A stretch of DNA of 57,841 nt, counting the filler, from Platydemus manokwari (lineage: Eukaryota): NCBI GenBank assembly GCA_037951405.1. It is 5 parts of 5 records of this genome, joined end to end, with 100 filler letters (N's around TTAATTAATTAA, not from the genome) between each part and the next. Parts side by side here need not be neighbours in the genome. Positions count along the whole stretch, not along the records: positions 11,077 to 19,886 come from JBBMOY011346649.1; positions 19,987 to 29,142 come from JBBMOY011290984.1; 3 more parts are not named here. One strand, written 5' to 3'. The translations under genes were made by a program, and so were the position numbers. Shown piece after piece: positions 14,301 through 26,809 of this stretch. The notes beneath the pieces were generated by a model. That model did no database searches. It was not told the DNA's origin and was given only the letters and a program-made list of their open reading frames with translations. The number at the start of each line of letters is the position of its first letter. Position 1 is the stretch's first letter.

Positions 14301-14930
14301 CATGTATATCATAACTAAAGATTGACATATTATGATATTAATGTTAATTTTCCTTTTATAGGAAATGGACAGCATGGAAAGAGAAAACTATTTGCTACGT
14401 GACAGTCTTGATAAGTCGAGATCCACCATGAATCTTAATCAGGAAACCGAGAAACTCATTCAAACATTGATTGAAACAGAATTGGCAGGAGAACGTTGTG
14501 CACATCAAATGCAACATGTATTTGATTATTTGAAATGTAACATCAAAGAGGGATACAAAATCACTAGCCGAGATATTGATCGAATCAATACTTTATTTCA
14601 CGACACCGAGGCTCGACTCTTTGAATTCAAATCAGTTAATAATGAATTGAGAGAAATGTTGAAGGAAGCACAACAAAGAGAAATCACCGAACGAAAACAA
14701 TTTGAAAGGGATAACTTTTTGCTTGGAAAAAAACAAAATGAATTGGATGAGGCTATTTTGAAACTAGAACTAGAATTGAATGATAAGGATAAAGTAATAG
14801 ATGATCTTAGACGACAGTTAGCGTTGAAAAATGAAGAAACCATCAATTTTGCTAGTACACACGAATCATTAGAAAATATAAAGGGTCATTTACAACAACA
14901 ATTGAAACAAAAATCTGGTGATTGTAATCG
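11377..14930 (+). CDS. ODF2: Outer dense fiber protein 2 / cenexin, partial. Exons 11377-11413 (tentative), 12300-12502, 14362-14930; first and last exons not found
   Basis: Phase-compatible AG/GT boundaries. The coiled-coil translation is colinear with vertebrate ODF2 as recalled: RYEQQISDLVNEVGAL ~ RYDKKIDSLMNAVGCL; QETEKLIQTLIETELAG ~ QEKECLMSKLVEAEMDG; LNDKDKVIDDL ~ LQDKDKEVEEL; SLENIKGHLQQQLKQK ~ SMESMRGHLQAQLRSK. Confidence 0.85.
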
Positions 14931-15579
14931 GTGAGTATTTTATGACTTAATTAATATGAAAACGATTTTCATTTTATTATTTATTTTTATTTATAAATTT
15001 GGACTCTCAAAGTTTGTAAAGTTAACCTCTGAAGTTCTATACTTTCCATTTAAATCTCATCATTCTTGAACATTATAATATTGCATAGACGAAATTATCA
15101 ATATGAAAATTTAATGAGTATTTTTTCCTAAAAATTCTTGATAGATTGTTGATATTTATTGTAATCGTATGATGTTGAGTTTTGCATTGAAATGATATCA
15201 TACTGGTTAAGGAAAACGAGAGAAAATATGGAAATCACGGAGACTTTGAATTTTGTTTTCAGATATTGACATATATTGATTTTATGATATGGTTTATTTT
15301 ATTTATTAGTTTGGTTTGTACGAAATGAATTCGAACTGATATGTATTTGTTTATAATTTCAGTGAAACGACGTTGATATTATAAATAGACTTGAATAAGA
15401 TTTTTCGAATACTATTAGCAATTACTTTCAATGTATCAAATAATATTTTTTAAGAATATTGGTATTATTAATTATATAATGATTATTTGAAAGGTAACTT
15501 CATGATTTTAAAAAAACATGTTATGTATTTTTTAATAAAAGTTTTTACAAAAATAAGTGAAAAAAATAATGCATATGGC

Positions 15580-16176
15580 ATGGAGTTTTATTTTTAAAAC
15601 ATTCAACTTGCGCTTCAAATCAGATGTTAGTTTGGTTTGAAGATTGCCTTGATGTTTAAAAAATATTCTACGAAGCAGTATTCCACATCGATGGATTTAT
15701 GAATCATCAAAACTGTCATTACTGGGCCGGACAAGTTCCTTGAATTATATCAAAATACAGTTAGACCGACCCAATATAACGGTGTGGTGTGGAATTACTT
15801 CCTTTAAAACTGTAGATCATTTTATATTTTACGTTATGATGAATATTCTGGTCAATTATCAGTAAGTAGAAGAAAATTGAAAGTTTGATTGATATACAAG
15901 ATACTGTTCAATGAATACTTAAGATGTTCTTAGATCGTCGTATTCCGCATGAATGGCATACTAAAACACCAGATTCAGATTCCTGTGACTTTTTTCTTTT
16001 TGGGTTGATTGAAGGAACAAATTTACTTTATGAAAATAATAAATATCGGCACCTCTTTGAACTTTAAATAAAATTCTATCCAATATGCTTTCTTTTTGTA
16101 CTGGTTTCTCGTGAAGAATGTTAATTAAAAATACATTATTAGGTGTTTAAAATATGGAGTTATTTTTCAATCACTG
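15580..16176 (+). mobile_element. Decayed Tc1/mariner-superfamily transposon (maT/rosa-like motifs)
   Basis: Broken frames give FYEAVFHIDGFMNHQNCHYW (cf. FSDEAxFHxxGxVNxQNxRxW), ITVWCGI, and WHTKTPDSDSCDFF (cf. WPPRSPDLxPxDFFLWG). It ends in ...caatcactg|TA, like a Tc1/mariner terminus. Confidence 0.8.
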
Positions 16177-16579
16177 TATTTTGTCAGAATATTTCGGCTC
16201 CGACTTTTTTTTATTGTTCAATATTATCAACAATAAATAATAAATCCGATCCCATTAAATGACAATACATTTCTCAACTTAACAGATATAATTAATCAGA
16301 TATAATTAACGCTTTCATTATTGAAATTAGAGGGTTTGAATTATGAAGACATTATTTATGTGTAGATTCAATGAAAAATTGTTAAAATTTTCACTTGATT
16401 TTAACGTTCCAATCTGCTACTAATTTATAAATAACATATTGGAAACGAAATGAACAATCACGACACCAAATTATATTTAGATTACAATTAAGCTTAAGTT
16501 AAAAAAATGGGTCCTTTGAACTATTTTCATAATGATTACTTTTTGCGCATGAAGGAATTTTATAACTTTTAATTTTATA

Positions 16580-18235
16580 ACTCTGTTCAATATGAACACT
16601 AGTGTTCCGATTTTTAAAATTTTCATATTAGAAAATAATATGAACAGTTATTAACATAACAATATCAAAGATTTCACAAAAAAGTATTTATAACATCTAT
16701 TTATCACAATTTTTATTTTTTTAGATACAAGAAAGTCTGATTTTCAATTGTCTATATGCTTTTTCTCCTTGAATTTCTTCAATTAAATCCCGTATTTTGT
16801 TCATCTTATCAGGAATATTAGCTTGGAAGTATTTTTTCAAGTTTTCTTGCATACACATTATTCAAATCCTGTTATTACTGTATCATTTATTTCATTTTGT
16901 TTCTTCATTTTCATACTTTTGGACTAAATTAAATTAGAGGTATCCGTCAAATTTTGGATTAATTTCAAAACAAAGAAAATCATCACATTCAGTATTCACT
17001 TCTTTAACATGCGCATTTACGAAAGACTTGGTAAAACAATTAAAAATAGTCGCAGGTTTTACACTATTTCATGCTTTCGAAATTCAAACTACTGATTGAT
17101 ATAAATCTCTTGTGTAACGTTATTATCTAAATTAAAATTCATTGACAGGCTCATAAGTTTCTTATAATAGTCTTAAAAGCTTTTTATAATACCTTATTCA
17201 AGAGGTTGAATAAGAGATGACGTATTTGGTGGGAAAAAGAATAATTCGATATTACTCAATTCAAAGTCTTTTAGGTTAATAAGTGCGTTGTCTAACAATA
17301 ATGAAATTTTCTGATCCTCTGCTTTCATTATTCTGTTTAAATCTTTTAACCAATTTTAAAAAATGCCAACGTCAATATCAACATTTTTAAAACAACGAGG
17401 TTTCTTCAACCTGCCTATCACTAAAGGTTTTATTTTTTCTCTAACATGTTTACTCCCAAGAGTATAGTAATTCGATTTTTAGAAAACTTACCATTTGCCG
17501 TATCCTCTTTAGAAATTGTATATTTTCTGTTTAATGAGCATTTCCAGAACAGCTCAGTTTCGTTACAATTATAAACGTTTCTATCTTCATATTCTTTTAG
17601 CTTTTCCATTCCTTAAAATAAAGAACATACCTTTCATCTGCGGTTTAAGATTCCCAAATAATTCTTTTCGATGATATCATATGCCTTGAAAGAAAAGAAT
17701 TAAACTAGCCATTCGATGTTTTAAAACCATAATTTCCTAAGTGATTTCCTGATTCTAATATCACCACTGACACTAATATTTCTTGTTCTATGGATCTGAA
17801 ACCATTCATATAAGATGGAATCAACTTGATATTCACTACATAAATGTGTTTTTCGTTTTTGTTTGGTATTCAAGTTTGAATTCAAAATAGAGTTTTTAGA
17901 TTTCATTAGATTATTTATACACCCTGATGAAATTTTATATTTTGATGAAAAAAAAGGGTTGAGAGCAACCTTTATTTTCATCGAATAATTTTATCAATGT
18001 CTGTTTCTCTTCGATACTTAAATCCTTTCTCTTTCGTTTTGAATTTTTGTTCTTCATGTTCATAAAAGATAGTTAAAATTAAATATTCAAACAAGAATTG
18101 AATAATTTATTGATTTATTTTGCAATATTTTTTGTTCATTGTTCAAAATAAACAGTGTTCGTGTTAAATAAAATGATTTCCTATGAAAACCATATGATTT
18201 GCAATAATTTTTTGACTTAAATGTTCATATTAGAC
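16580..18235 (-). mobile_element. Decayed pogo/Tigger-like DNA transposon (CENP-B HTH plus DDE_1); boundaries approximate
   Basis: Minus-strand fragments VDSILYEWFQIHRTRNISVSG (CENP-B HTH), VYNCNETELFWK (cf. NxDETGLFW) and FFPPNTSSLIQPLE*GII (cf. LPPNTTSxxQPxDQGII), with stops and frameshifts. Confidence 0.85.
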
Positions 18236-19744
18236 TATGATGACAGTGTTGACTATAGTTTATAAACGTTGATTTATAATTTAAAAATTCAAAAAAACAA
18301 AAGTTGTCTGGACTTCTCTGGTTCTAATGACCCCCATGTTATGTAGACAAGAACAAATGCAATTAGGAAAATGAAAAAAAAAGATATGTTTCCGCTTGTA
18401 ATGTTGTTATTAATCAGTCTCTAAATAATACTAATTTGTTGTCGATCAATGTTGTCTTGATCAGTCCCTTTGAGTCCTAATCAAGTCTAAGATGCAATTT
18501 ATAGACCTTAAAACTATTTTATTCATTTTGCAATCAATACTATATGAATGATCCAGAACTGTTTTATTGTTATCAGTCTGAGCACCTATTTATCTTTATA
18601 CCTGACAAATCCACTATCAATGAATCAGACGTGATTACAATAAATATTTATTAATATAACAAGCAATGACAATGATTTTATCAATACAATATACACCCAA
18701 TAAACAGTTACACAAAAACGTATTCCTACAACTTTAGAATTAAAAGACAGTTAATATCTCCAACTCTAGAAGTAAAACCAAATACTTTCAGAGTTGTCTG
18801 TGAGCAAAGCTCTATATTAATATAATACACGATAATAACTAAAATAGATATCAGTTGTTTAGATAAGATCGAACATACGGTTACTGACAATGACAGATTG
18901 TAATGATTGGCTTAAATGACATATACTATCGTCTAGGAAATTTGGCGGATTAGTGGTTTCCGATAATGGGCATAGTATGCAATCTGGTGGTTTCTTATAT
19001 GGGCAGGTTCTGTTATTTGAACCTCTATTTATACATTTCCTGAGCAAATTTTATTCGTCATGCTTAAATATTTAAATTGATACTTTAGATACAATAGATG
19101 CTAAATATACATCGATACATAAACTGAACATTAATACGATATGCACTGATACACAAATTTTTATAATACTCATAACTGATTGTTTTTTTATTGTTTCTAA
19201 TGTTCAAATCCCCAACAAAGCTTTGTTATTGAAATATAAATGGTTATCGGAAAACTAGTTCGAGATATCCTTGATGAGATTTATCAATATTCATCCGTTA
19301 AGTGGAGCAAAACATTGACTAAAATTTTAATAAGTTCAGACATCAAAAATCAATAACTAGAAATTTTGATTCTGTCAACATCGTATCCGATAATGAAGAT
19401 TAATTACAATGGTCTAAGTGGCATAAATCAATATAGATAAATGGTCGCAGGTCGTGCGCAACAGAAAGTCTAATGTGCAATTGTAATAATATATAGAAAG
19501 AGGAATAAACTCTTTATATGATACCACCAAAAATTAAAAATTGTTTTGACAAAGATTGTTAAGGTTCGTTGTTATTTTAAATACGAAACCACTAGTGAGA
19601 TCGTAGGTGGGTTGTAAAAGTAAAATAAAGTACTCGAAGTAGTAGTAACTGTAATCATTATTGTCTTAGTGTGTTGAATCAGAAGAGGTTTCTGAGCTGG
19701 TATTGTCAATTAGAAGTAGTATTTCGAAAAATTTGCAAAAACTA

Positions 19745-19886
19745 TTAGGTTGGTGCAAAAATAATGGCCTTTTTTAAATTGGCTTTTCATTTTTAAATAT
19801 TAAATTGATGATCTTATGAAAATTATTCATATAATATATCATTTTAAAGCTTTCTTTGTGCTCTGTTGTTTAGTCATTCTACATTG
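19745..19886 (+). mobile_element. Mariner terminus (Hsmar1/cecropia-like TIR) running into a gap
   Basis: TA followed by TTAGGTTGGTGCAAAAATAATGGCC, close to the recalled Hsmar1 TIR TTAGGTTGGTGCAAAAGTAATTGCGG. A related copy starts at 29069. Confidence 0.7.
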
Positions 19887-19986
19887 NNNNNNNNNNNNNN
19901 NNNNNNNNNNNNNNNNNNNNNNNNNNNNNNTTAATTAATTAANNNNNNNNNNNNNNNNNNNNNNNNNNNNNNNNNNNNNNNNNNNN
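19887..19986. other. Assembly spacer with six-frame stop linker
   Basis: N-run with central TTAATTAATTAA, 100 bp. Confidence 0.98.
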
Positions 19987-22046
19987 AATGTCTTATTTAA
20001 CAAAAACAAAATCACCAGGAGTACAGCGTGGAATATTAGTCAAGTGATATATCTTATTTTAAACAACAAATTAATTATATTATTAGTTAAAGATTGTGAA
20101 GTAATATTTAAATGTTTAATCAGTAATATTGAAGAGCCCATAATTTTAAATATAATTTAAAAGTAAATATTTAAAGTGAGTTTTTAAAAAAGAGGATAAC
20201 AAAATAAATTGATTTTACTTAAAATAAATAATAATAAAGTAGAAAAATAATTTTAAAATAAAATTACTAATAAGAAAAATAATTAAACAAATATACGAAT
20301 AAATAAAGAATTTAAAATTATTATTAGAAAAATATGTATCGTTTTATTGGATTAAATAAGTATTAAGTAGCCAAATTTCTTAGAAGGGAATTATTGATCA
20401 ATATCTTGTGATATTGATCTAAATGTAGGAGTTGACTGCGCATGTCAACTCGGTGGAAGGAAATTTTGACTGCAAGTGTTGCTAACAAAATGCGAATATA
20501 AAAGTGGTGGTAATCAGCATTCGATTACCAGAATTTAGCAGAAAAAAGTTTTTTGATTAACAAGAAAGCAAGGCAAGGAAACCAGAATTTTCGGAATTGA
20601 ACAACCGGAAAATTAGAAGTTACAGAATAAAATGTCATTGATTGCAAAAGCCAGACCATTCAGAAGGGAATTTATTTTTACTCATCAGCAAGGTAACCGA
20701 GACCCAAGTATTCCAGAGAAAATTAATACCGATTTCGACAAAATATTAAAGAAGAATTATTCTGAGACACATCCAGGAGGTTATATATTTTGCTTATATT
20801 AGGTATTTGTAGAATATTCGTGGGAAGCGTTCCCGAATATTGATATCAAGTAGAAGTAGAATAATATAATAGTGTGATATTCATGGACAGTGATTCCCAA
20901 ATATCGTTAATTGTATAAAGAGATTGTGTTGAGCCTCAGTAATCCGTTTACACACGCTGGTAACTGTAGTAACGGCCAAGAATAGTACCTCGACCAGTAT
21001 TCCAGAATGTAAAGCGGACCTGATCCGTGTTTAACTTTATTTGGCGAAACTTTAATAGGGGCTATGCCTTTGTTGGTATAATTTAAGGTTGTAAATTGTT
21101 ATTTAAATATAACTTAGTGTGCAACTTTGTTTTGTTTTTGGAGTCAGGTTATTAACGAGAACTGTTTTGTTCTACACCCGGTAGACCAAATAATATATAG
21201 AGAAATTTGCGAATTACTCAAAGAGACAGTTGAATCAAACAAAATTTCATTTTAATTCTAATAAAAATCCTATGACAGTCGCTTCTTACTTACAGATATC
21301 ATGCAATTTTAATAATTATTTACGCGAAGAAATTGTGAGGGACAAAAAACTTAAGATAAAATTAATTTAAAAATCAGAATGATTCTGAAAATCACGAATT
21401 TATGAAATTTGAGAAATATGCAAGCTTTATGTTAATGAGATTAATGAACACCAAAAATTAAGGTAAAGTTAATCAATGCTTATTAAAACAATTTGTAATA
21501 AACAAATTGAGAATCAGAGATAATAAATAAATTAAGTATTTCAATCAAATATTAAATCACAGACTTTAATTGTAATATCCACATTATAGGTAGAAAGAAT
21601 ATATACCACCAAGGACCTTTAGATCTATAGGCAAACTCTTGAATTTGAATAGGTTAAGTTCTGTAACACACTTCCAATTATTATTTACAAAAATAATCAA
21701 CGTCTAAACAAACTTCTTATTTCCAAGCTCTAAAAATATTATGTATGTTAAAATGATCTTTAAAAATTAAATTAATCGTTTTAAATAAAAACCAATAAAA
21801 TATAAAGAAACTTCCAATAAGAAATTAAAATGCAAACAGTATTGAATCATTAAAAATTACATTATAAATTTATTTAGGTTATTAAAAAATAAAAGTTATT
21901 TGATTAAATGTAGATTGGTTTTTTTTGACAAATAAAATTTAACTATATAAATTCATTAAGAGAACAATTAAGATATGATAAAAAATTATAGTATTAAAAG
22001 ACAAAATATATGTTGGAAAACATTTTCAGAAATTATTTATCATTAT

Positions 22047-24452
22047 CTATAATGGAGTTTTCCTGGTTCGCCGTGTTCTCATAACCTTGTCATTACTAAT
22101 TTCAACTTTAACAATATAAGTCACCGTATATTGGATCCCGTTTTCTTTATGAATTTTATAATCCACGACAGAATATTCATAACTATAATTGCGCAAGGGA
22201 TTCATTGATATTTCAACTATACCATCTGCGGATTTGAGAGATTTTTTCTTCCTTTTATTTGGTGCTATTTCAGGATCATAAAGAATACTCTCAATGATTG
22301 ATGATATTGAGGATGGATCGGATGGATCGTGTTTCACTGAATCTTTTTTCGCATCTTGCACCAGCTTTTTTCTCAACATTTGCATTGACTTGGATGGTTG
22401 TTCATTTCTTGAATAATCGTAATAGGATTCATTGATATTATCAACTTCAATTTGTTGAATTGACTGATTTCGATATTCGGAATTTGATTCAGATGATTTG
22501 AATTTATTCTTGATTTTAGAAAACATTGATTTGATTGGATTTTTGTTTTTCGCTTTGTCCATTCTTTCTATTCTTGGATCACTATCAAGATCATCAGAGT
22601 ACATTCCCTGACGATCATTAACAATACGCCTGTTATTACTTCTGCTTTGTTTAGAAAGTTTATGATCGTTTTCGGAATCAGAATAATCATTTTCATTATT
22701 ATGTTTTTTATTCGCGATTCTGCTGCTTTTAGATTCATTTTTCATGGGTATCCTGTTTTCGAATAATTGGTGATTATTGAATTTATGATTGCCCTGATTT
22801 AGGGAATATTTATTGAAGCTTTTATCAGTGTCATATTTTTGAAACTTTTCTATTCGCGATCTTGTTGCTAAATTCGAAGAAATACCATGCCTCGACTTTG
22901 ACACTATATTTGGAACTTGTGATGAAGACTTTTGAATTGGTTTTGATAGTATTGGAGGAACTATTGGTGTAGCAAGTAATGTTTGTGAAACATGTCTTTT
23001 CAAATTCTCTGAGGGCTGTCCTAAGCGATTGTCGATTGGCTTATTATTTTTAAATTGTAAACTCGACAGATTATCGATATCATTCTCCAATTTTTCATTT
23101 TTCCTCTTTAATTTAAAAATTTGATGTTTGATTTCTTCCATGTTTATGGTTATTGTTTCAAGTACTTCATTGAGCTTTCTTGCTTCCTTCGTTGATGTAC
23201 ATTTTTCCAGATCTTCAATCATTGATTGAGAAATACCCTTATATTTTCTAAAGCTCTTTTTCAATTTTAAAATCTCATATTCATTTTCTTCGAATAAATC
23301 TCTCAATACTTCAATATTTTGTTCATTCGCGTTTTTTTGTATATGTGTTGAATAATTACAATCATTAACTTGCCTATTTTTTAAAGATCCATCTAAATTC
23401 ATATTCAAACTCTGCAAACTCCCAGTTCGCCTTGGTTTGGTTGATGCATATTTTGGTAGAGCTTCACTTTCATTCGAATTTTCATTAAAATCTTTCACAT
23501 AATTTTTATTATATGCTTTTCTTTTACTTTTGATTCTTATTTCGGAATCATAATCATTATCAGTGTGTGCAAAGCTTCTATCGACTCTTTGTCGGGGTTC
23601 AATGGTAAAATCTGATTCGGAATCATAGTCATTAGATGATTTATTTTTATTAAATGGTTGTCTTCGATTATTGTAGGATCTATCCAAAGAATGTTCTCTT
23701 CTTTTATTTACCATGCCTGAACTTTGTGTCACTCTTTGAATTGATGATCGTTTCTTATTATATCGTTTATCATCACCAATGTAATAATCTTTATTTGACA
23801 AACTTTCTGATCTTTTAGATTTTTTATCTGGTTTAACTCCTCCTATAATAGATTTCCCGACGTTGGAAATCAAACTTCTTGACTTGCTCACTCCACCTTT
23901 AATTAATCCCGAACGAGAGTTTTTAGATGTATTATTTACAAATTTCATTTCTGAACCATAATCGTTATGTGATCTATCTCTATTGATTGAATTTTTTCGT
24001 ACATCACATGATCTATCCAATGAGCGGCCTCTCCTTTTTCTTTGATCTTCACAACTTGTCGCTGCTCTATGATTTCGTGAGGATTCTTTACTGTATCTTG
24101 TATCATACTCATTTTTATAATTTCTATCCGAAACACTCTGTGATCTTTTATTTTTCTTTGAATTAATTAATCCTAATACTGCGCTTCCTATTCTGGGAAT
24201 CATACTTCGTCGCTTCTCATAATTATCGGATCTATAAAAACTAGGCTTATTATTCCCAAAATAACCGGAACCATATCCACTCGAATAGCTACTTCTACGA
24301 CCACCACCCAAACCTGACGAAACAGCTGATAATAAACCTCCACCAAGTGCACTTCCAGCTCCTGTAGCTAACCCCAATGCCGATTGCCCAACGGATGCAG
24401 CGCCTCCTATAAGCGAACCAGTTCCCCCTAAAAGTGTACTAGCTAAAAACAT
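22047..24452 (-). CDS. Uncharacterised intronless protein of about 801 aa: Gly-rich hydrophobic N-terminus, two internal repeats, S/K/N/R-rich low-complexity body, central coiled coil
   Basis: A 2.4-kb stop-free frame in very AT-rich DNA is unlikely by chance. The first ATG is at 24452; the track's start at 24467 is a TTG preceded by an in-frame TAA. No family recognised. Confidence 0.85.
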   Translation of the reverse strand: MFLASTLLGGTGSLIGGAASVGQSALGLATGAGSALGGGLLSAVSSGLGGGRRSSYSSGYGSGYFGNNKPSFYRSDNYEKRRSMIPRIGSAVLGLINSKKNKRSQSVSDRNYKNEYDTRYSKESSRNHRAATSCEDQRKRRGRSLDRSCDVRKNSINRDRSHNDYGSEMKFVNNTSKNSRSGLIKGGVSKSRSLISNVGKSIIGGVKPDKKSKRSESLSNKDYYIGDDKRYNKKRSSIQRVTQSSGMVNKRREHSLDRSYNNRRQPFNKNKSSNDYDSESDFTIEPRQRVDRSFAHTDNDYDSEIRIKSKRKAYNKNYVKDFNENSNESEALPKYASTKPRRTGSLQSLNMNLDGSLKNRQVNDCNYSTHIQKNANEQNIEVLRDLFEENEYEILKLKKSFRKYKGISQSMIEDLEKCTSTKEARKLNEVLETITINMEEIKHQIFKLKRKNEKLENDIDNLSSLQFKNNKPIDNRLGQPSENLKRHVSQTLLATPIVPPILSKPIQKSSSQVPNIVSKSRHGISSNLATRSRIEKFQKYDTDKSFNKYSLNQGNHKFNNHQLFENRIPMKNESKSSRIANKKHNNENDYSDSENDHKLSKQSRSNNRRIVNDRQGMYSDDLDSDPRIERMDKAKNKNPIKSMFSKIKNKFKSSESNSEYRNQSIQQIEVDNINESYYDYSRNEQPSKSMQMLRKKLVQDAKKDSVKHDPSDPSSISSIIESILYDPEIAPNKRKKKSLKSADGIVEISMNPLRNYSYEYSVVDYKIHKENGIQYTVTYIVKVEISNDKVMRTRRTRKTPL

Positions 24453-26809
24453 TTTTAATGCTGACAATTATCGAAAAATTCTTTTATATGGATTTAATTA
24501 TTTAATTCCGGAAATATTTATACGGAAACCATTAAATAATCGAGCAAAACTAATTTCTTCATAATAATAGTAAAATAAAACATTTAAAAATTTACACATT
24601 GGCATTTGATATCTATACATATTTAAACTAAGAGTTTTGAGAACTTTCTCGAATGATTGTACTTGTCTGTTTCAAACGACGTCAGAGATTTTAGAGAACG
24701 ATATTATTTTGTGAAATGAGAAGGCAATACTATTATTATAATGATGCCATATATTCCATCATTATTCATTATAGAAAAAAATTAATAATTGTAGAAATAT
24801 TAAGACTTGAAATCATAATTACAACAGATACCTTCAGCCAGATGACTGCCGTAAAAATTTACTTTAGATCAAAGGCCGAAAACTTTCTTATATAGTTAAT
24901 AATTAATAATTATAGTAAAGTTTGTCGCAAGACGAATATTTATCATGTTTCTAAAATCACATGCTTACTCCTAAAGTCTATTTTTGAATAGGCTCGAATG
25001 ATTGTCTTTGATTCACTCAATTTTGTAATTGTTATTTAGATTTATTATATTTCTGTGTTGATTATTACGAGATTAAATACAGAAGTGTCATTGAATTATA
25101 TTATTACATTATACACTCAATCACATATTTACTGCTAGAACTTTGATATTTAATGGAAATTATAATCGAAAATATTCAAGTAATAATATCAAAACCAAAT
25201 GTATATCAGCAAATGCCTTAAAATTGTTGATATATTACTGTATGAATCGCCCATCATAATTCCAAGACGTAAGAAAAATAAATAAATAGTTCTCAAATTT
25301 CATTCATTATTCTGTCGGATATCAGATATGAATTAAACAAAGTAAATCTTTATTACTGTAAACAAAAATATCAATAATGTAGTATCAACAAAAAAAACTA
25401 TGTTTCTCTAACGAAAATTTATAACCCATTATGTGTTTATAGCCATAAACCTGCGTATGTTAAACTCTCGTCTGGTATATACGTTTCCAAAATGTTATTG
25501 GATTATTGATTTTTATGGGCTGCTCAATTTGCGTACTGTGTAATTGTATAATCGTGTGTTTTATCAATCTGAAACTTCCACTCCATCATTATTTTTATTA
25601 TAGATGTGCAAATATGCATATATGTAAATAATGAAAAGAATGCCCCAAATAGTTGTTTCTTTTGCAAGATTCAACACTCAAAAGTTCGATACTAAATAAA
25701 TTAAATAGATTTTCATATTATTAACTAGACACAATCATTGAAAATATATTTTAGAACGCTTAAAAGTATTTTTATTTTTGACCCTAAACAATCGAAAGCG
25801 AAATCGAATATTGAATTAATATAACTAATTCCATTAAGTGCCTAAGCAGTCAAATTTTGGCATTAGACTTTAAATTATAAATATTAAAAACGATCATTAA
25901 TTTTAAATTTTCTTATTATAAATTGGTTAGATAATATTTTATCATGGAATTATTATAATTATCACTATTGATATCTTAAAATTAAAGAAAGTATATTTTA
26001 ATAACAAAAAAGGTTGATAAAATTGCTAATACGATTACAATGATAATTAATAAAAACTTCATGATAATTCAAGTTTCGAAAAATGAAATTACTTTGAGAT
26101 GTTTCACAGTACATTTCACTTGACTTAACCGAGCAAGTCTTTTAACTATTTGATCATCATTTTGATTTCTAACGCAATGCATTTCTTTCCTTTATTTAGG
26201 TTTATGTGATTCAAAATTTCAATATTGACTTCGTATTTCAAAGTTGACATTTACATGAGTGATAAACACTCTAAATAATCCTAAAATGTGTGTAATAACT
26301 GAACAGTCTTCTAAATATCAAACCAAATTTTTTAATTAACTTGTTATTAAATTTAATATACAAGAAATCGAAATAAAAATACACCATTTTAAAAAAGCGA
26401 GTTACTGTAACAATTTAAACAACTTTTAAAGATCATATAAAAATATTGAGTAATTATATTTTATGAACTGATTACAACATTCTGATGAAATAGAAACATA
26501 AAAATGTTAATGAATCATGTCATAACTTTAAACTAAAGTGATTGCTGAGAAGACGATTTATCAACGATTCAGATTTTTATATATTTAAAAACAAAAATCA
26601 AACTTTTAAGAAATTGTCAATATTTCTGTTGAGAATGTCGTACGGAATAAATTTTAATAATTTACCTGAGCAAATGAAATTATTAAAAACTGTTTAAATT
26701 AAATTAATTATTCAACTAGCATTCATAATTTTTGTTAAATCTTTGTTTTGTCAAACGAGTTTTCTTCACTGGTTTTCTTATAATTCCTTCTAAGTTCAAC
26801 CTTCGTATA

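Noticed and set aside
18850-19050. Possible LINE apurinic-endonuclease remnant (YRKP...FLDD...VIV)
   Set aside because: Too decayed; the diagnostic GDFN motif is absent.
24838-24892. Hammerhead-like CAGATGA...GGCCGAAA
   Set aside because: The core is mutated (CAG instead of CUG) and stems I and III cannot be formed.
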